From Aquifex aeolicus VF5 (GTDB lineage: Bacteria > Aquificota > Aquificia > Aquificales > Aquificaceae): a DNA stretch of 32,000 nt. The number at the start of each line of letters is the position of its first letter. Position 1 is the stretch's first letter. Both the position numbers and the translations under genes were made by a program. The stretch covers positions 1,170,001-1,202,000 of the forward strand of contig NC_000918.1 in NCBI RefSeq assembly GCF_000008625.1, in the 5' to 3' direction. A model generated the notes under the pieces. The model had not been told where the DNA came from. It saw only the letters and a list, made by a program, of their open reading frames with translations, and did no database searches. This document shows positions 28,441-32,000 of this stretch, piece after piece.

Positions 28441-29330
28441 TTAGCCTTTTCTTTTTTTGGTTCTTCTTTAATCAATCCTCTAATAAACTCGATAAGTTCA
28501 CCGTTTATATCTTCCCTTCTTAAAGCAAAGGATATAACCGTTTTCAGATAATCTTTAGGATTTCCCGTGTCGTATACCGTGTTATTAACCTTGCAGGCGT
28601 ATATCGCCTCCTCCTCAAGTAAGAGTCTCATGGCGTCGGTTAACTGTATCTCTCCTCCTTTACCTGGCTTTGTAACCTTTAGTTTTTCAAAAATGGTAGG
28701 TGTGAATATGTACCTTCCAACTATCGCAAGGTTGGAAGGAGCCTCTTCGGGAGAGGGTTTTTCGACCAGATCTACAATTATATAAGTTTCTTCGTCCAAT
28801 TTTTTTACTTTTGCTATACCGTACTTTGAGACTTCTTCCTTTGGAACTTCCATCAATGCTACGATTGAGTTTCCGAACTTCCTGAACAAATGTATCATCT
28901 TTTTAAGTTCTTCCTCTTCGTTCTCCACGATTATGTCTCCTAAGGCAACAAAGAAGGGTTCCTGTGATACGGCTGGTTCAGCCATGAGAACGGCATGTCC
29001 GAGTCCTAATTGCTCTTTTTGCCTTACGTAAATCGGGTTAATAAGGCTCGAAATTTTTACAACTTCTCTCAGTAATTTCTCTTTTCCAGCTTTTTTTAAG
29101 TGCTCTTCCAGCTCGTGGTTGTGGTCAAAGTGATCCTCTATCGCTTTCTTGTGTCTACCTGTGACGAAAATGATGTTTTCAATACCTATGTTGATAAAGG
29201 ATTCGACTATGAACTGGATTATTGGTTTGTCAATTATGGGGAGCATTTCCTTAGGCATTGCCTTTGTAGCAGGCAAAAACCTCGTTCCCCACCCCGCAAC
29301 GGGAAGAACAACCTTTCTAATTTCTCTCAT
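28437..29330 (-). CDS. galU: UTP--glucose-1-phosphate uridylyltransferase
   Basis: VVLPVAGWGTRFLPATKAMPKEMLPIIDKPIIQF, RQKEQLGLGHAVL, VALGDIIV. ATG at 29330 behind GGAGGTG is preferred to the track GTG at 29336. Confidence 0.94.
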   Translation of the reverse strand: MREIRKVVLPVAGWGTRFLPATKAMPKEMLPIIDKPIIQFIVESFINIGIENIIFVTGRHKKAIEDHFDHNHELEEHLKKAGKEKLLREVVKISSLINPIYVRQKEQLGLGHAVLMAEPAVSQEPFFVALGDIIVENEEEELKKMIHLFRKFGNSIVALMEVPKEEVSKYGIAKVKKLDEETYIIVDLVEKPSPEEAPSNLAIVGRYIFTPTIFEKLKVTKPGKGGEIQLTDAMRLLLEEEAIYACKVNNTVYDTGNPKDYLKTVISFALRREDINGELIEFIRGLIKEEPKKEKAK

Positions 29331-29841
29331 ACACACCTCCCTTGGAATATTTTAAAGAAATAATACCGCAAATAATTCCAATCAGAGCTCCTACAAAAAC
29401 GTCCAGAGGAAAGTGAACACCCGCGTAAATCCTCTCATACCCTATTAGGAAAGCGTATAAGAAGAGTATTGCCTTTATATGGAGTTTTTCACCATGTGAC
29501 AGTACAGTTGCTATCGTAAAAGCCATAGCGGTGTCTCCTGAGGGAAAGGAACGCCAGTGTAAAGGAAAAAGTAAGTTTACATCCTCGAGTAAAATTGCAG
29601 GTCTCGGCTGGTTGAAAAATGTTTTTAGAGAGATCACTAAAACTGTTTCCAAAATTATCGCTAAAATCAAAGGCTTTACTTTTTCCTTTCTGAAAATAAA
29701 AAGAAAGATTAATAAAGGAAACAGTACATAGCCCGAACCGAGGTAAGCAAAGTGAGTAAAGAAAACGTCCAGAAGTGGATGCCTCGCATTGTTTATCAAA
29801 CGAAAAAGTTCAAGGTTTAGAGCAAAGTCTTCTATTACCAT
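29317..29841 (-). CDS. PAP2-superfamily membrane phosphatase
   Basis: [20 protein letters not shown] and [12 protein letters not shown] match the three PAP2 motifs, with PSGD in place of PSGH. Confidence 0.85.
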
Positions 29842-30458
29842 TTTAGGAATTCTTTAAAAATGTCTTCCTTTTTCTTTAATTTGTTCAGGTAATTTATTAC
29901 GTACTTTCCGAGAATGTCCGTTTCTACATTCAGAAGATCCCCAACCTTTTTGAACTGCAGGTTTGTGCTTTTGTAGGTGTGGGGAATGATATTTATGAAC
30001 ACTTTGTTTTCTTTTACGTAGTTTACGGTGAGGCTTATACCGTCTAAGGCAATTGAACCCTTTTCAACTACGTAGATGCTCCACTCCTCCGGTATCTCAA
30101 TTACGAGTTCGTAGTGTTCTCCTAAAAAGTTGAAGGATTTTACAGGAGCTGTGAAGTCAACGTGTCCCTGGACTATATGGCCGCCGAGTCGCTCTCCTAC
30201 CCTCAAAGCCCTCTCAAGGTTTACGTAATCCCCCGTTTTTAATTTTCCTAGGTTTGTCCTTTTCAGCGTTTCGGGAGAAACGTCAAAGGTTAAGGTAGAG
30301 CTTTTAATGTCCACGACGGTGAGGCAAGCTCCGTTTACTGAAACGCTGTCCCCTAACTTTACGTCCTCTAATTTAGTCTCAACGCTCAGTTTAGCCCCTT
30401 TAGAACTCAAGGTTAAGTTCTTTACCTTCCCTAAGTCCTCTACTAATCCCGTGAACAT
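29835..30458 (-). CDS. ribE: Riboflavin synthase alpha chain
   Basis: [12 protein letters not shown]; [12 protein letters not shown]-like [12 protein letters not shown]; [10 protein letters not shown]; [12 protein letters not shown], with the duplicated barrel. Confidence 0.94.
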
Positions 30459-30459
30459 C

Positions 30460-31425
30460 TTATATAGCCAGTCTCGTGTTTAGTTTGTAAGCTTCCCTGT
30501 CTATTGGTTTGTATTCCTGAGCTTTTTCGAAGTCCTCTATGTAAAACTTGCCCTTTTCGTAGGCAACAAATCCTGAGCGTTCTCCTGCGATGAGACTCTC
30601 ATAAGCCACAACTCCGAACTTTGTTCCCATTATCCTGTCAAAGTGGGTTGGTATTCCTCCTCTCTGGATATGTCCCAGAACGGTTGAGCGTATCTCCCCG
30701 TACTTATCACCGATCTTTTCCAGAAGGAAGTCTTCCAGTTCCTTTGCACGGCAATATCCTTCTGCGAGGACTATTATGAAGTGGAGTTTCCCCAGTTTCT
30801 TAGCCTTTTCTATCTCCTCGGGGATTTGTTCCCTCGGGAATCTCTCTTCGGGAATGAGTATGAGTTCAGCACCCGTGGCGAGTCCAGCCTCAACTGCTAT
30901 AAACCCTCTGTTTCTTCCCATAACCTCTACTATGAAAATCCTCTCGTGAGAGCTTGCGGTGTCCCTTATCTTGTCTATCGCGTCAACGGCGTTCCTGAGG
31001 GCTGTGTCGTAGCCTATGCAGTACTCAGTTCCACCAACGTCGTTGTCTATGGTACAGGGAACGCCTATTACTGGAATTCCCGTTTCTTCCGCGGTGAGTT
31101 TTGCACCCGCAAGTGTTCCCTCACCCCCGAGAATTATTAAAGCCTCTATACCCTGTTCATTTAGGTTTTTATAAGCCTTCTCCCTGTACTCGAGTTTTTT
31201 GTATCTGGGGTCCCTTGAGGACAGGAGTATTGTTCCTCCCCTGTCCAGAATTCCCCCCACGTCTCTGGAGGTGAGTTTAATAAAATCTCCTTCTATTAAT
31301 CCTTTATAGCCTCTCTTTATGCCGATTACTTCGTGTCCTTCCCTTTCGGCGCTCCTCACAACAGCCCTGATTACGGCATTCATACCGGGGGCGTCACCCC
31401 CGGCGGTAAGAATTCCTATCCTCAT
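30460..31425 (-). CDS. pfkA: 6-phosphofructokinase family protein
   Basis: [61 protein letters not shown]. Confidence 0.93.
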
Positions 31426-32000
31426 ACTTTTACACCTACCTCTTCCCTGAGTTCCTTTGCCATGTCAACCATGTTCCTGAGTGCGGGTATCACTTCTTCC
31501 CACCTTCTCGTTTTGAGCCCGCAGTCCGGATTAACCCACAGGAGTTCTTTAGGAAGTACCTTCATAGCTCTTAGCATTATAGCCTTCATCTCTTCCTTCG
31601 TAGGAATAGCGGGTGAGTGAATGTCGTAAACACCTATACCTATCTGTCTGTCCCATCCCTTGAACTTTTCAAAGACTTCTATTATTTCACCCTTGCTCCT
31701 TGACGCCTCTATGGATATGACGTCAAAGTCCATTTGGTATATGTACTCAATTATCTCGTTAAACTCCGAGTAGCACATGTGGGTGTGTATCTGGGTCTCG
31801 GGTTTTGCCCTGGATGCGAGTCTGAAGGCTTTCACTGCCCAATCAAAGTACTCGGGCCAATCTCTCTTCTTTAAGGGTGCTCCTTCCCTGAAGGCAGGTT
31901 CGTCTATCTGTATGACTTTAATTCCTGCATTTTCAAGGTCCTTGACTTCATCCAGAAGCGCAAGGGCTATCTGGTAGGCTATTTCTCTCTTTGGAACGTC
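31422..32000 (-). CDS. metE: Cobalamin-independent methionine synthase, C-terminal part (truncated by window edge)
   Basis: Reverse translation from 32000: [48 protein letters not shown]..., then [10 protein letters not shown] and [11 protein letters not shown] zinc-site motifs. Confidence 0.93.

Overview
Compact, gene-dense window whose gene content and rRNA strongly resemble a hyperthermophilic Aquificales genome such as Aquifex aeolicus (recognised from memory, not searched). It contains: partial thrS (-); a short operon of a duplicated HepT/DUF86-like protein, a thioredoxin-like protein, a TolC-like protein and hslV (+); tRNA-Pro and an unusually long clpB (-); aspS, a class I fumarase beta-domain subunit and a FliJ-like/MotE-like fusion (+); an AMIN/N-acetylmuramoyl-L-alanine amidase and a HerA/DUF87-type ATPase (-); a tightly overlapping exopolysaccharide-type operon (SPOR-TolC-like, PilZ-HlyD/Alg44-like, GT2 synthase fused to a beta-helix) (-); a JAMM protease and type 4 uracil-DNA glycosylase (+); two SurA-like periplasmic chaperones (-); a complete 16S-tRNA-Ile-tRNA-Ala-23S-5S operon followed by tRNA-Arg (+); and a run of overlapping genes metE-pfkA-ribE-PAP2-galU-ArnT-like glycosyltransferase (-). 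No CRISPR array, phage or transposon was seen. The best candidate for a little-described system is the three-gene c-di-GMP-linked polysaccharide operon at 13451-19078. Other good leads are the duplicated degenerate HepT-like protein, the FliJ-MotE fusion, and a SurA-like gene whose conserved N-terminus extends upstream with no ATG/GTG/TTG start. The rRNA processing stems and boxA-like repeats can be read directly from the sequence.
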